In this document: positions 25,801-42,894 of the stretch, one piece after another
How positions within the stretch are numbered: position 1 is the stretch's first letter
Layout of the letters: each line of letters begins with the position of its first letter
NCBI GenBank assembly: GCA_951406725.2
Contig: OX597815.1
Span: 18,910,001-18,974,000 of the forward strand
DNA: 64,000 nucleotides
From: Octopus vulgaris
Lineage: Eukaryota
Reading direction: 5' to 3'
Position numbers and translations under genes: made by a program
The notes under the pieces: model-generated
Databases searched by the model: none
What the model saw: the letters and a program-made list of their open reading frames with translations, nothing else
Told to the model about the DNA's origin: nothing

Positions 25801-26589
25801 GTACGTTTATGTTTTCGAACCAAAGAACATAAGAGAATGAAAACCCTGGTAGAGTATTGATACTCATTGGTGAAATCATAGCAAATTTTCTGTTGTTACT
25901 CGGAGTTGGATGAACTGTAAATCATTCATATGATCTCTCAGAGAATATCGTAATGAAGCAACGTGCACATACATATATAGACATATACACATATTCACAT
26001 ATGTATGTACACATACATTCATATTGTACGTAGGCGCATACATAGATTCGCACACAAGAGATACTCAAGCAACACCGCCATCACACACATAGTCAAGAAC
26101 ACGCTGATACACGTATTTTCATCTGTCTATCCTCACCATTGCCATTGCTACGGTGGAAACCATACATGAACGACCATTTCCTCATTTCTATAAATAAACA
26201 CCTTTTCTTTCACTATCTTTTTTCTCTCTCTCTCTTTCTCTCCTTTTCCACCAGCTGTCTTTTTTTAAACATGACCTTCCATACAGCTTTTTCTCTCTCT
26301 CTTTGCCTCTCTCTTTCTCTCTTTTTTTTTTTCGTCCTTATTTTTTTCCAATTTTTTTCCACCTTCGATACATTGCAATCCTTTCCCCGGGAATGATATT
26401 GAATTGAATGATTTTTTTTCCGATGATACAATATCATCGCGCTTCTCTACTCATTTCGCTTTCCGCCAAGATACTCGGTAGATGATAAGTGATGACGTCA
26501 TGCGGAAGCAGTAGGTTATCAAATCGCTTGTGGTTATTTACAGGCTTTTAAATGTGTTGCTGCTTCCTGTCTTCGTCGTTGCCGTCATC

Positions 26590-26727
26590 AGAAGTCTTCC
26601 AGCATCACGTCGTCGTCATCATCGTCACCGACATCATCATCGTCGCCATCTTCATCATCATCGTCATCATCATCATCGTCGTCGTCATCGTTATCCTCAT
26701 CGTTATCACTATCATTGTCGTCGTCGG

Positions 26728-26763
<36 letters not shown>

Positions 26764-27105
26764 GATCATCATCATGATCATCATCATCATCATCACCACC
26801 ATCATCATCATCATCATCATCATCACCATCGTCGTCATCATCATCATCATCATCATCATCATCACCACCATCATCATCATCACCACCATCATCATCATCA
26901 ACACCATCATCACCATCACCATCACCATCATCATCATCATCATCATCATCAACATCATCATCATCATCACCATCACCACCACCATCATCATCATCATCAT
27001 CATCATCATCGTCATCGTCATCATCACCACCATCATCATCATCATTATCATCACCACCACCATCATCATCATCATCATCATCATCATCACCATCAACAAC
27101 AACTT
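26590..27105. repeat. ~500-bp degenerate (CAT/CAC/CGT)n microsatellite
   Basis: Directly visible; open in several frames on both strands (poly-H, poly-I, poly-M). Confidence 0.95.
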
Positions 27106-27449
27106 TGTCGTTGTCATCGTTGTTGGCATCGGAAGCATAAACACGTTCGTTACCAGTTACAATAGTTACGATATCAATTTTAAAAAATTTATAGTTTCTG
27201 AGATAAAAGTCCCAACGATGATTTCGAGGACGTGTTTTGGCGATGCTGTTGGACCCCAGTACTCCTACTGGTACAAATGTACTTTATCGTGCTGTACAAA
27301 TATGAAAGGAAAAATTGACAGCGATGAAATTTGAACTCGGAAGTTATAGCTCAAATCATTTCTTCTGACACTCTAAAGATTGTACCAGCTCACCATTTAT
27401 TTTTTTGCTATGAATTAATTAAAATATTCTGAAACCACACAACCGCGTG

Positions 27450-30580
<3,131 letters not shown>

Positions 30581-30881
30581 AGCTCTGCGCTAATTTCTTA
30601 CCGAATCTATAAGGCTAGTTATCTTGGACTGTATCTGTCTAACTATAACTATATCTATCTGTAATTGAATGTCTCGCTCTATCTGGTTATATATCAAATT
30701 GGAAGTTTTCATTTTTCCAGTAATGGGTACATATCTAAATGTATTTGTGTAAATTCACGCTATATACACTCGTACAAATGCAAATCTGGTGGGGGGGGCG
30801 TACACACACAAATATATATGTATGTATGTATGCATTCAAACACATACATACATATTAACTTTATCGCTTGTATAGTTAAAG

Positions 30882-31300
30882 TGGTAAGCTGGTAGCATCG
30901 ATAACACTCCGGGCAAAAGGCTTAGCGGGATTTCGTCCATATTTACGGCCAAGTTCACAAACCACCGGCGTCAAATTTGTCAATTTCACCTTTCATCCCT
31001 CGATAAAATAAGCACCAGTTGAGCACTGGGGTCGATGTAATCGATTTAACCCTTTTACTGAAATTGCTGGCCTTGTACTAGAATTTGAAATTATTATTAT
31101 AGTTTGTGTCGGTGAGCTTGCAGAATCGTTTGCAGGCCGCACAAATGCTTACCTGCTTTTCGTCCGTCTTTATATTCTTAGTTTAAATTCCAGCGTGTTT
31201 GACCTTGTATTTCATCCTTTTCGGGGTCGATAAAATACGTGCCTGACTATCACCACTTGCCCAAAATGTCAGGTCCTATATCTGTAATGGCAAGAAAAAT
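30882..31300 (+). mobile_element. Two diverged tandem family B SINE copies
   Basis: Degenerate heads at ~30882 and ~31110, each followed by tttcatcc..tcgataaaat. Confidence 0.75.
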
Positions 31301-31325
31301 TAGTATTATCATAATTTATGATATA

Positions 31326-31562
<237 letters not shown>

Positions 31563-31899
31563 TACATGGACATATAAATATACATATGCACGAACGTTTG
31601 TTTGGAACTAGTTTAAGAAGCAATACAGGTAGAAAATAAACAGTTCGATATTGTTCGATTATATGATGCAGTGATCGAATATCTACTTAGCCATGTACAG
31701 ATGTGAGAAGCCAAAATTAAATATTTAAGCATATACAATATCATCACAATTTCCCAACAAACTTACTTCTATCAGTTTCAAAGGCGTAGACAACGTTCAT
31801 TTACGCACATTTCTGTAAATCAAAAATTTGGCCTAAAAAAATCAAATTTCACAGATATTCCAACAGCCACTCCCCAAACACACAGAAAAATACATACGG

Positions 31900-32240
31900 A
31901 CGCAAACACACACACACACAAAATATACAGAGGCCTATAGCTCTTCAATGCCGTCACACAAAAATTAATAAACCTACACAATGTGGACGTAGATGCCTTC
32001 AAAAATCAGCTAGAGATTCTCCTCTCCACAATACCGAATGAACCGACATCCCGACATGTGTACAGCGAGGGCAGTGGAGTTAAACTCCCTCATAAACTAA
32101 ATCGGCCAACAGCCGGGACCAAGCCACATACAAGCGTGGTGATGTGAAATACCAAAATCACAAGTCATGGTGCAAAATCACGGTGGTGTTCCAGCATGAC
32201 CGCAGCTGCTTGGCTGAAACGAATAAAAGAAAAAGATAAA
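31900..32240 (+). mobile_element. CR1/L2-group LINE 3' fragment (ORF2 C-terminus plus 3' tail)
   Basis: 31929-32048 translates RGL*LFNAVTQKLINLHNVDVDAFKNQLEILLSTIPNEPT (typical LFN.LP..FK..LD..L..IPDEP end), followed by the tail ccagcatgaccgcagc..ggctgaaacgaataaaag. Confidence 0.75.
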
Positions 32241-33428
32241 GTGCAGTACAAATACACATACGTATCTAGCATACGTAGGATGGGTAGTGTCACCTCCCAC
32301 CCAAAGGATTTTACCCATGCTACATTAGGTTTTGTGGGAAAAAGTTGGATACTCTCGAACACGTGTATTTCTTTACTTAAATGGGGTTCGGTTTGTGGAG
32401 TTTGGATGTGTGCGTCTGTATAATTGTGGTATGTTAATGAAATTAGGAAGGTTATCGTTCCAAACATATCACAAAGGATATTTAGATATGGCTTCATAGC
32501 AAGAGCTTCTTTATTTGGCTGTGTTCAGTGCTTCAGATTATTTTGTTTTCAGTTTTTAAGTTGCAGGTCTTCATGGAAGTCTTTAGAGAATCCTTATAAC
32601 GTAGCTGTAGGCACAGCAGACTTGGTGCATAGCACCAGATCTAAGCTGGCAATAGAAGAAGGTTTTATGTTAGCGAGTGTCTTCAATGCGCATCACTTAC
32701 TCAGCCCACCGTCCTTGGGCTTTGGTATAGAATCTTCCTTTACGTAGAATGTCATATCTTCATGTAACTCTTAGAAATATCTTCAGAATATAGCGCAAAA
32801 GATGTTTTGGAGTTGTCGTTTATTTTTAGATCCAAGCAGAACTAAGATCAAAGGCATTCCTGCCGTGAACAATCCATTATATTTGTAGATATATTACATT
32901 TAGATATATCCATTCATTGTGACCTCCCTTTTTCAAAATTTGAAGTCATAAAATGAGCTGCTAATTCTAGCAGATAAATAATACGTAGTAAATATGCCCA
33001 TGCTAATTCTAGCACATGACCATATTCCATTGTAAAAGCATGTTTCTTTTTTCTTGATGATTTACATTCTATAATTAGTTTCAACCAAAATATGAATGTC
33101 AAGGACATAGCGATATGAAATACCACTCCCTTATTAGCATACATGAGAGATCATTGATTGTTTCCAATACATTACACAAGTTCAAATATACACATGCAAG
33201 TTACAACCTCTATAATAGTAATTCTATAGGTCAGACATCCGGGTCTACTATTCAAGGCGGATAACTATGCACCTATAAGTGCGTACGTGTGTATGTGCGT
33301 GCATGCACATGGACACATACCTACACACGCGCGTGCGCACACACATATGTATATATATATATATATATAATATATATGTGTGTGTGTATATATATATGTA
33401 TGTATATGTATATATATATATAATATAT

Positions 33429-33551
<123 letters not shown>

Positions 33552-34561
33552 GTATATATATATATATATGCAAAAAGCATAAGACATTTAAATTTCTTGG
33601 AAAAAGAAGCGAACATTCGTAAAATAATCTTTAAACATTCCATAGTTACATTTAAATCCTTAATTAACAACACACCAAAATGCCGGAAAATCATCAACAA
33701 TACACACTCTGCTAAAATAAGAGTGGAGATGTAAGCATATAATATATGTACATAAAATTACATATTCCTATGATATGTTAAGAGATATTTATAAATTATG
33801 GCTACACCATTCCCTCCTGAGATCCTGCGTCTAAAACTCTAATACGTATAAATGCCTATCCTTTTTAATGTACAATCAGCCGTCGAGAATATTGTTCCGA
33901 AGCTATACTATAAAACTGGTAATTCTGATTATGGTTTCTAACGACACCGACAGTTTTACGAATCTCTCTTGAATCTTTAAATTCCGTACAATATACGATG
34001 TCTACTAATGTGAGCATTCGAATATATGAACGACTTCACGGCATACTAATTACAAAGCTTTCAAGTCCTATGTCATCTAATTAATTAATTAACCGTAACA
34101 TTGATAATAGTGTATGATAAATCTATGTATATTACACACATGCACACACACACTCATACATATATATCGCTTATGATAGAGAATGGAGTAAAGGTAGTAT
34201 GTGTATATTTGCGGTTTCTTCAGTCACATTCATTGTTGAATGGTTTGAGCTTTTGAACTGTTCTAGTGAATAATAAAGGGTAGTGTATTAAACTTCTTCA
34301 TTGATAGAAGAAATACTCACCTCAACATGAATAACAATTGTAATCATTTTTCGCAGAGAGTAATACAACACTGGGACAGTCAGCCAAATTCTCTACTTAC
34401 GAAAAAAATTGTTGTTCATATCAATTATTCTTAACGATACGACTATACTAATGCAAGAACTTGGCCGCTAAATCCACGAGAGTAATATTGCTTGAATGTA
34501 AATTTGAATTGTTCATTCTCGTTGATAGAAATGTAACGATATAACATGATCTCAATATATA

Positions 34562-34598
<37 letters not shown>

Positions 34599-35598
34599 AG
34601 AAAGTAACTCTAGTTATTGTGTTTCACTTCATATTGTATTGGGAGTTAGTAGTAATTTGACGTCTGGTCGTAATGAATTTAGAAAAGTGTAATGTTTGTC
34701 CGTGTGCACATGTAGTACAATTGCTGCTTGCATTACTTTATATTAACTATAATCTAATATTTTGATATTCATTATATTTGCTCTTAAACAACTCAATTAG
34801 ACAGGAAGATATGGAAATGTGGGTTGGCCTATTACAAATAATTCGCGTATTATATTTCTGAAATAATATTTGGCTTCTTGTGCCATGAATCTATAGCTCT
34901 GACTGAATGGTTTTAACTGTTGCAACCTGTTTGCGCATTTATATACTTTTGTTTATTCAATCCTGGTTGTTGGTTTCACGTGTCCTATGTCTTTGCAAAT
35001 ATTTATAAAATTGATTTCTGTTTCCAAAGGGATAAAAAATAAATGTTATGATCTCACATTTGACAATTCAATCGAGTTTCCGCTGCAGTATCCTAGTTAC
35101 AGCGTAGCCATGCGAATCCGTATTATGTATACTTAACATTTATAGTTCTTTCACAATATCGATGTATAAGGTTCAAGCGGTTCTGGTTTAAGAGTCATTA
35201 TCAGAGCATTAGTCGTTATCTGTTCCACAAGTTGAAATAATTAGATATTACCATATATTAATAGATGAACAAACGTATTTATGCTCTAGATAAGGCAATT
35301 TCTGTGCATGATACATTTCAGTTCTGAATGGAAAATCAAATTTTAAGATAAGCTATTGTAAAACTTCCACTGGCCAAAACTCCGAGTTAACGAGTCACAT
35401 TATTAAAAAAAAAGTAAAAATACATTAAGCTTGTATAGTCTACGTATACATAATCACACTAATGTCACTATGTAACACTAAGGCATTACTATGGTTATTA
35501 TAATTTTCTATTCTCCTGAACTACTAATATCTTCAACACTATTCTGCTATCTGTAACTGCCAAACCGTTACTATTTCGAATGAAATTTCAATAATATA

Positions 35599-35743
35599 GG
35601 CGTAGGAGTGCCTGTGTGGTAAGTAGTTTGCTCACCAACCACATGGTTCCGGGTTCAGTCCCACTGTGTGGCACCTTGGGCAAGTGTCTTCTACTATAGT
35701 GGATTTGGTAGACGGAAACTGAAAGAAGCCCGTCGTATATATG

Positions 35744-35774
<31 letters not shown>

Positions 35775-35985
35775 ATGTATGTGTATGTTTGTGTGTCTGT
35801 CTTTGTCCCCCAACATCGCTTGACAACCGATGCTGATGTGTTTACGTCCCCGTAACTGAGCGGTTCGGCAAAAGTGACCGATAGAATAAGTACTAGGCTT
35901 ACAAAGAATTTGCTCGACTAAAGGCGGTGCTCCAACATGGCCACAGTCAACTGACTGTAACAAGTAAAAAAGTAAAGAATAAAGA
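35599..35985 (+). mobile_element. Family A SINE with internal deletions
   Basis: Colinear with the 2331 and 50676 copies. Confidence 0.9.
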
Positions 35986-36176
35986 GCAATTCCTCTCCAC
36001 TTCATATATTTTTTATGCAGTAACTTTGAATCTAAGTTTAAGTCTTCACTTATTGCTTTTCTCCTTGCGCAGTTCAATAATATGCTTCAAAATGGTGTTT
36101 CAACGAATGTTACATGATTAACATACATTTAGATCCACAGTGTGGTCTCAATGGACAACGCTAATTATAGAATAAC

Positions 36177-36425
36177 TCTTGAGCAAGACACTTTATTTCA
36201 CGTTGCCCCAGTTCACTCACTGTAGAAATGAGTTGCGACGTCACAGGTGCCAAGCTGTATCGGCCCTTGCCTTTCCCTTGGACAACATCGGTGACGTGGA
36301 GAGGGGAGGCCGGTATGCATGGGCGACTGCTGGTCTTCCATAAAACAACCTTGCCCAGACTTGTGCCTCAGAGGGTAACTCTCTAGGTGCAAACCCATGG
36401 TCAGTGTCTGACCGAAGGGGGTCAT
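36177..36425 (+). mobile_element. 5'-truncated SINE sharing its core with the 3072 copy but with a different tail
   Basis: cttgagcaagacactttatttcacgttgccccagttcactca..aaatgagt matches ~3161-3219, then unrelated 3' sequence. Confidence 0.75.
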
Positions 36426-37233
36426 CTCTCATCTATAAAACTGAATGGGATGGCCGTTGAAATTTACCTCAAATTGCAGGATATCTTTACCACCTTTAAA
36501 ATATTACATATATTTCCATACTTCAAAATCTGCTCAGAGACGGCTTATTTGTGAAATTGTTAAGAAAAAATATGCTTTACGAAACAGAGCCTGAAGTCTT
36601 CCGACAAAATTCACCAGCATTCCGATGTGTTTGCAGAAGCATCGTTATGATTTCTTTCAGCAACACATAATTGTAATTACAGTTACTGTTTGAGGTGTGG
36701 ATAATTTATATATTAATTCTGAATCCAGAGGCTATGTTTCTCTTTTCTTTTTTTTTTTTAATGGAAGCACATTCTGCTTCTTTCTCATTCATTTATTTCT
36801 CGAAAATTAATTGCTTAATCGTCAAACAGTAGCTAGTTATTTCATTAATAATAAAGATGTTATTTCAGAACAGAATATCCTCAGAGCTAAAATCCGATCC
36901 AAATACCACATTGGGCGCTCTCTCGGAAACAATTAACACTCAAATACATTTGCATAGCAACATTACAATTTATCAGAAAAAAATTGTATTTAAAATAATG
37001 TCAAACGAAATTTTTAACTGTAAGACATTTTCAACATTTACAGCTCAAAATATTTCCGAAATGTCGAGTAAATCAAAATAGCTTTCTTCTAATGTTTTTT
37101 TTTTTCCCCATTTGTTTGATATTGTACATTATTATTGTTGTTGTTGTTCGTCGCTCGACACGTGTTGCGCAACGCTCCGTAAGTATTGTTGTTATATTCT
37201 TATACACGAATATACATTGTACATTTGTTATCA

Positions 37234-39660
37234 TTACTTAGTTAAAGTAACCAGAACCTTGGAGATCTGATTAGTTCTTCTCCATCTATAGCCCTTAGGG
37301 GCTATTTTGGTGCTTGTTTCGGCAAAGTCACCCTTCATTTTATAGCTAAAAAACACTAAAATAGTGAACGAGAATTGTCCGTCCACTGAAAGGAGAAGCC
37401 AGCCGGCCGTCCGGAAGAGAGAACAACCAAGTCGTGAAAGACAGCGACTGTTGTAGCAGCAGCAGCAGCCCTTCAAGAATTTGGACCTGAAGATCTCCAT
37501 TTCCAGCGACTTCGAGGTCCACCTCCCAGTGGTGTCTGGCGTCAACGAAGAGCTCTCGACTACAACAAGACGACCAAAGTTTTTTTTTCACCAACATCTG
37601 GGGTCTCCCGCCCCTAAGCCCTAGACCATCACCTAATCACCCTTACCCTTCTCGTTCCTTAACAACAACAACAACAACAACAGCAGCAGCAGCAGCAGCA
37701 GCAGCAACAGGAGTAATAGTGCCAGTGAGGCCTATGAAAACAATTTCCCTTTGCTTCCAACATCGCCTTCATCTTAGGAGGAACAAAATAAATTAATGAC
37801 AAAAAGTGACAACACAAGCGAGAACGCTACCACGTCCATCGCCAACTTCGGTACCAGTAGCAGGTACATCCCCATTACTAACGTTACTAACGAGAAAGAC
37901 AACAACGAAAACGAGACATGCAATTCCAGTCTAAACAGTTTAGATTTTGCGAGAGCGACCAGAGAATTAAGTGAAGACACTTTTATAGACGAAAATGAAT
38001 TCAAGATTGCAAAATGTATGTTGGAGAAATGTGGGAGAAATGTGGCACTAATCATTCCTGGAATTGTCCAGCAAGAAATTAATTTGCCAACAATTCTATA
38101 TAAAACAATTTGAGCTAAAAGTAGAAAAGTGGAGCAGGCAACACAGTAGCAAATACAGAAATGCCTAAAACCAGTTTGGAAAAGCAAAACCTATATAACC
38201 AGGGGGAAGAATTATGGAACTGTCAAGGTGAGATTCGCCTCAGAGGAAGAGACCAGAAATCACTCGACATCTACCGTAACGACTGAGGAACTAATCAGCA
38301 TTCCCATCTCTCTTGTTCGAAGAGTGCTCAAAGTTAGAATACTATACTGCAATTCTCCTCGACATAGAAGACCAAACTACGAATTTGCGGAAACAGAAGA
38401 TACACAAACCGAACCGGTTAGGACAGGGCTTATAGAAGCAGAAAAAGGGGCAAAATTGAGGCTATCTGGGTCTAAGTAAGCCTACCGGATAGCACAAAGC
38501 TTTACGTGGCTGTTGAGGGCAGTAAGCTAAGATGTCACCTGCGAGGGGACACAAACCCCCTCAAAGCTTTCTGCCCGCAACAAAAGAGTGAAGTGAGCTC
38601 CCTAATTTTGCCGACACTACAACCACCACCACCATCACAACAACAACAACATCACTAGAAGAGGCAGGTGACTACAACTGCAAAAACAACAGTAACAGTA
38701 GTGGCACCAATTGCAATCACGGAAGCACCGACAGCAGTACAGCAACAACAGCAAGTGGAGGCGCAATGGCCCAGTGGTTAGGGCAGCGGAGCCGCGATCG
38801 GAGGGTCACGGATTCGATTCCCAGACCAGGCGCTGTGTGTGTTTATTGAGCGAATAAACACCTAAAGCTCCACTAGGCTCCGGCAGTGGGTGGTGGCGGC
38901 ACCTGTTGTACTCTTTCGCTCCAACTTTCTCTCACTCTTTCTTCCTGTTTCTTGTCCCCGACTTCCTACGCAACCGCTGAGCCTGGATGCGCATTCATCC
39001 ATCTGTCGATGGTCTCGGTGTCGAGGGTTGACCTGCTTTCTCTTCTGCGGGTCTTACGAATAACAAAGGACCAACGTTTCGGACTTCTCCCAAGGGACGA
39101 AAACCGCTTCGCTCAACAAACAAACAAACAAACAAAGCAACAACTGCAGCATCAGAACACTCTCTTCACCCCCAACAAAACAACAACTTCATCAACGAAA
39201 AACCCACAAAATTCTCGAACGATTTGTTCCTCCCATGTTCGGAGCAATGAGACATATCTTGCGACGACCCAAATTGGCAAATGGTTTCGAGATCAAACAA
39301 AAGTAAAAGAAACGAACCAACAGCGACATCAACACCAAAAACTGGCAGGTATGACCATCGAAAACAAATTCTTTAATACTTCTCCCAACAGCAGCCACAC
39401 CAGTACCGCCAACAACATCATCCCCATCACTACCATCATCACCACCACTATCACAAACATCACCATCACGTGCACAACCCAATCCATTTATACATCTTTC
39501 AGATCACACATCTCAACACCAGCAAAAAGTTAAATTTATTGAACTACACAGCAATAGACACCAACTAGGAAAAACTAATGAGTCACATATATATAACCAT
39601 ACAGACATCACATAACGACTTTATCACACCGAGAAGGAACTACTATGACGACGACGACGC
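37234..39660 (+). mobile_element. Decayed non-LTR retroelement ORF1 (gag-like), interrupted by a SINE
   Basis: Broken frame 37796-38580 including RGKNYGTVKVRFASEEE..RRVLKVRI and VAVEGSKLRCHLRGDTNPLKAFCP, which has exact C-x2-(C)-x4-(H)-x4-C spacing with two ligands mutated. No RT seen. Boundaries approximate. Confidence 0.6.
38756..39135 (+). mobile_element. Family C SINE, tail type 2 ending in (CAAA)n
   Basis: tRNA-like head tggaggcgcaatggcccagtggttagggcagcgg..ttcgattccc; imperfect TSD agcaacaac(a/t)gca. Confidence 0.88.
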
Positions 39661-40019
39661 AAATTTTACACCTATCTCATGTTTGCAGTTATATCGAATT
39701 CATTCACTAACACACTAAGCGCTTCATAGATTAGTATATTCCTTTTCCAGTTCGGATTATCTAAAAGAGACAAGTTAGAAATTCTACATAAACCGAGAAT
39801 TGAATAAACAATAAGGAGTGGTAGACGAAATCTCATGTGAAAATATGAAAATTTATTTCGTTCTTTCTTTCTTAGCATAACATACAAACATTAATCAAAG
39901 TAATTTAATAGTCTTACCCAAGACACAAAACAAATCTATAAATGAGATACAATTTAAGAGAAATCATGGTATTGTAGCTAAAATGTTTGCTTGACAAGCT
40001 ACATTGTTTCGAGTTTAAC

Positions 40020-40390
40020 CTACGGCACAGTACTGCCGGATATTGTCTTTTATAAGGGGTCGATCAAAGCCCCTGAAGGGAAATTTGGTAAGCGAAAACT
40101 GTCTGGAAACCCATCGAAAAATTATTCTTATACATGGAACTTCATCTCTCGTAAGTTTAATGCAATCACTTGCTAAAAACATTCGGACCAATTTCTCGAA
40201 AATCATGCTGGCCCTGAAAAATCTCATAAGAAGTGCTCATCCTACGATTATAAATCAATAGAAAGAGCAAGGAGAAGCCAAGAAGCCTATGTTTGTGTAT
40301 GCATCTAATATATATTCAAAATCAAATAAGACGAGCCAACATAGAATGATTCTTTTCAATGTCGAATTTTGTAGTCTTAAAAGGTGCATG
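40020..40390 (+). mobile_element. Possible very old pogo/Tigger-type DDE transposase remnant
   Basis: Fragments YGTVLPDIVFYKG, VLIL/DYKS and NVEFCSLKR loosely follow the DDE_1 motif order (G.kLP..I.KG, vLllD..sH, PLDv..f..LK). Requires frameshifts. Confidence 0.3.
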
Positions 40391-41177
40391 TTGATTCAAA
40401 AATGTCCCTCTATATCACAAGACATGTGTAAAAACTTACCTTCGTAAAATAAGAACTTACTTTTAATGCCAGAAAGCCGATATGTGATCTTCCGTTTGGC
40501 AGTCACTGAAACATATATAGCTTGAAATCAGAGAAGGAAATCACCTAAAATCTCAGTAGTGGAATACAAAAAAGTGACTTTTACATTTGATTTAGAATCG
40601 TTAAACTATAATGGAATTACTAAAAACCTGCATTATTCTGAACCTAAAGGAATGGCAATTGCAACAGCGATGAAAAATATTCGTTTCCTGTAGACTGCAT
40701 AAGTATAAAGAGTCATTAAAAGCAGCCTAGATACTTGAGATATAATCACATTTTATCGAACGATTCTTGTTTCAGCATTAAAATTTGAATTTACAATGGA
40801 TGTAAGTAACTGCTTCGACAGATGGCAGGTCTATAAAACAGTGTGAAGAGTGAATCAGTTTGTGATTTTTTCTTCGATATTTTTTATATTTGGTCTAAGG
40901 CGACTAAAATTAGTGTCAGATTGTTTCAGTTCCCCATACGTCAATTTTAAACTGTACACTCAACGATTAATATTTCTACAAATATTTTTCTCAAATATTT
41001 GTATATACATAGTTCTCATGGTTTCAATTACTGACTGGTTGGTTTATTTAATTTCCATTGTTCTTCGTGCCTGTGATTTCCAACATGCATTGGAGGCCAT
41101 AAGAAACGGTTTTCGTCCAGCTGACACTTTTAGCATGAAGTCTACATTTGAATAGTATAACTTATATTAAGTTATTA

Positions 41178-41486
41178 TGGAGGCGCAATGGCCTAGTGTG
41201 GTTAGGGCAGCGGACTCGCGGTCGCAGGATCGAGGTTTCGATTCCCAGACCGGGCGTTGTGAATGTTTATTGAGCGAAAACACCTAAAAGCTCCACGAAG
41301 CTCCGGCAGGGGGTGGTGGTGATCCCTGCTGTACTCTTTCACCACTCTTTCTCCCACTCTTTCTTCTGTTGGCCTGCTCGCTTAGCCAGCGGGGTGGCGT
41401 CATTCGAAGGCTAAAACAATGCGAACGCATTGTGACCAGCGATGTGTAACAACATCTGATGGTCTGGTCGGTCACGTGATCACGTG
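41178..41486 (+). mobile_element. Family C SINE, tail type 3 ending in (cacgtgat)2
   Basis: Full tRNA-like head; perfect 14-bp TSD atattaagttatta (41164-41177 / 41487-41500). Confidence 0.92.
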
Positions 41487-41573
41487 ATATTAAGTTATTA
41501 AAGTTAATCCGTTTTATTAAAAATTCAGAAATAACTGAAGCTTTCAAAACATAAATTAGTTTCTTTTACTTGT

Positions 41574-42467
41574 TTATGCGCTGAAACATTGTCCTGATGA
41601 AACGAGAACCGTCACTTTTCTTAAACGTTTGGTTTTAATATCATTTCGTAACTGCTTCAGAAATTTGACATTGTACTCTCCATTGATGGTGTGGCCCTGT
41701 AAAAGACAGCCAACAGACACAATGCTTCTTGAATCACAAAACACTGAAGTCACCATCTTCCCTGTCGATGAATCGACCATGGCCATCTTTGGAGGTGGAG
41801 AGGGTAATTCTAGTGCATGGCTTGTTTCTGGCTCAAAGTCATGAATTTAACATTCATTCTCACTTAGTAAACATTCAAGGAAACCAACTGGATCTGTCTC
41901 AGTGTCAGATTTTTCCTTGATGCGATCAGCCTGCTTCGTTTGTGAGCAGGTGTCAGAAGACGTGACACCAACCGAACAGAAACCTTCATCTTGCCAAGTT
42001 CATTGTGCAGAACTTTCTCAACTCTCTTACGAGATATGCTAATAGCATTTGCTGTTTGATTTATAGTCAATCGCTTGTCAATCAACATTTGGTAAACACA
42101 ATCAATGTTTTCCTCGGTGGTAGCAGTTGCAGACGTCCAAACGTTGATCATTTTCAAGACTTTCCATTCCCCTCCTAAGTTCAGCTACCCACTTTTGCAG
42201 TTTTGATAAAGCCGAAGAATCGCTCCGTAATGTAGCAATTCTCTCAGCAGTAATGTCCTTTGGGGCTAAACGCTTTTTTTGCTGATACTTGATTGACGAT
42301 GCCAAATTTTGTTGATTTTCAAGAGAGGTTGCGGCTAGTCACTTTTGAAATCTTCTTTGGACAGTAAGATGTCATCTTATCTGGAATGAAGCAAAAAGCT
42401 ATTAATACGAACAGTTGAAATCAATACATGCAAGATATTCTTTCATAAACTTTTCAACCCACCCTCG
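41574..42467 (-). mobile_element. 3'-truncated mariner, same family as 14115-15379
   Basis: One TIR (aacttttcaacccaccctcg followed by TA, ending at 42467). Minus strand reads LHNELGKMKVSVRLVSRLL, GKMVTSVFCDSRSI and HQDNVSAH. Confidence 0.9.
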
Positions 42468-42682
42468 TACTGCAAGTATATGGAATCTACCACGCACTAC
42501 ACCCGGACAGTAAATGAGTTTTTGCCATAGATACAAATATTAAATTCGAGAGCCTATGACATTTTCAGCTCAAATGATGTTTTTCAGAACACTCTCATAT
42601 GTTCATCGCAATTTCTTTCACTTCACTTATTCTTCTTTATCTTCAAGACAGCAGTTTCTTTCATTTTGTATTACGAATTAAC

Positions 42683-42894
42683 CTGTTTTTTTTACTACCC
42701 ACAAGGCGCTAAACACAGAGAGGACAAACAAGGACAGACAAACGGATTAAGTCGATTACATCGACTCCAGTGCGTAACTGGTACTTAATTTATTGACCCC
42801 GAAAGGATGAAAGGCAAAGTCGACCTCGGCGGAATTTGAACTCAGAACGGAGCAGCAGACGAAATACTGCAATTCTGCCAGCTCGCAGCCGTAA
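42683..42894 (-). mobile_element. Family B SINE
   Basis: 16-bp TSD tgtattacgaattaac (42667-42682 / 42895-42910). Confidence 0.92.

Noticed and set aside
26530-27334. Poly-His 211-aa ORF with a hydrophobic start, plus overlapping poly-Ile and poly-Met ORFs
   Set aside because: It is a (CAT)n microsatellite open in several frames on both strands; the start is GTG and there is no splice or codon evidence.
41178-41255. tRNA gene (also at 38756, 2331 and 50676)
   Set aside because: A/B boxes are present, but the sequence continues into a SINE body, with TSDs where visible; no intact cloverleaf.
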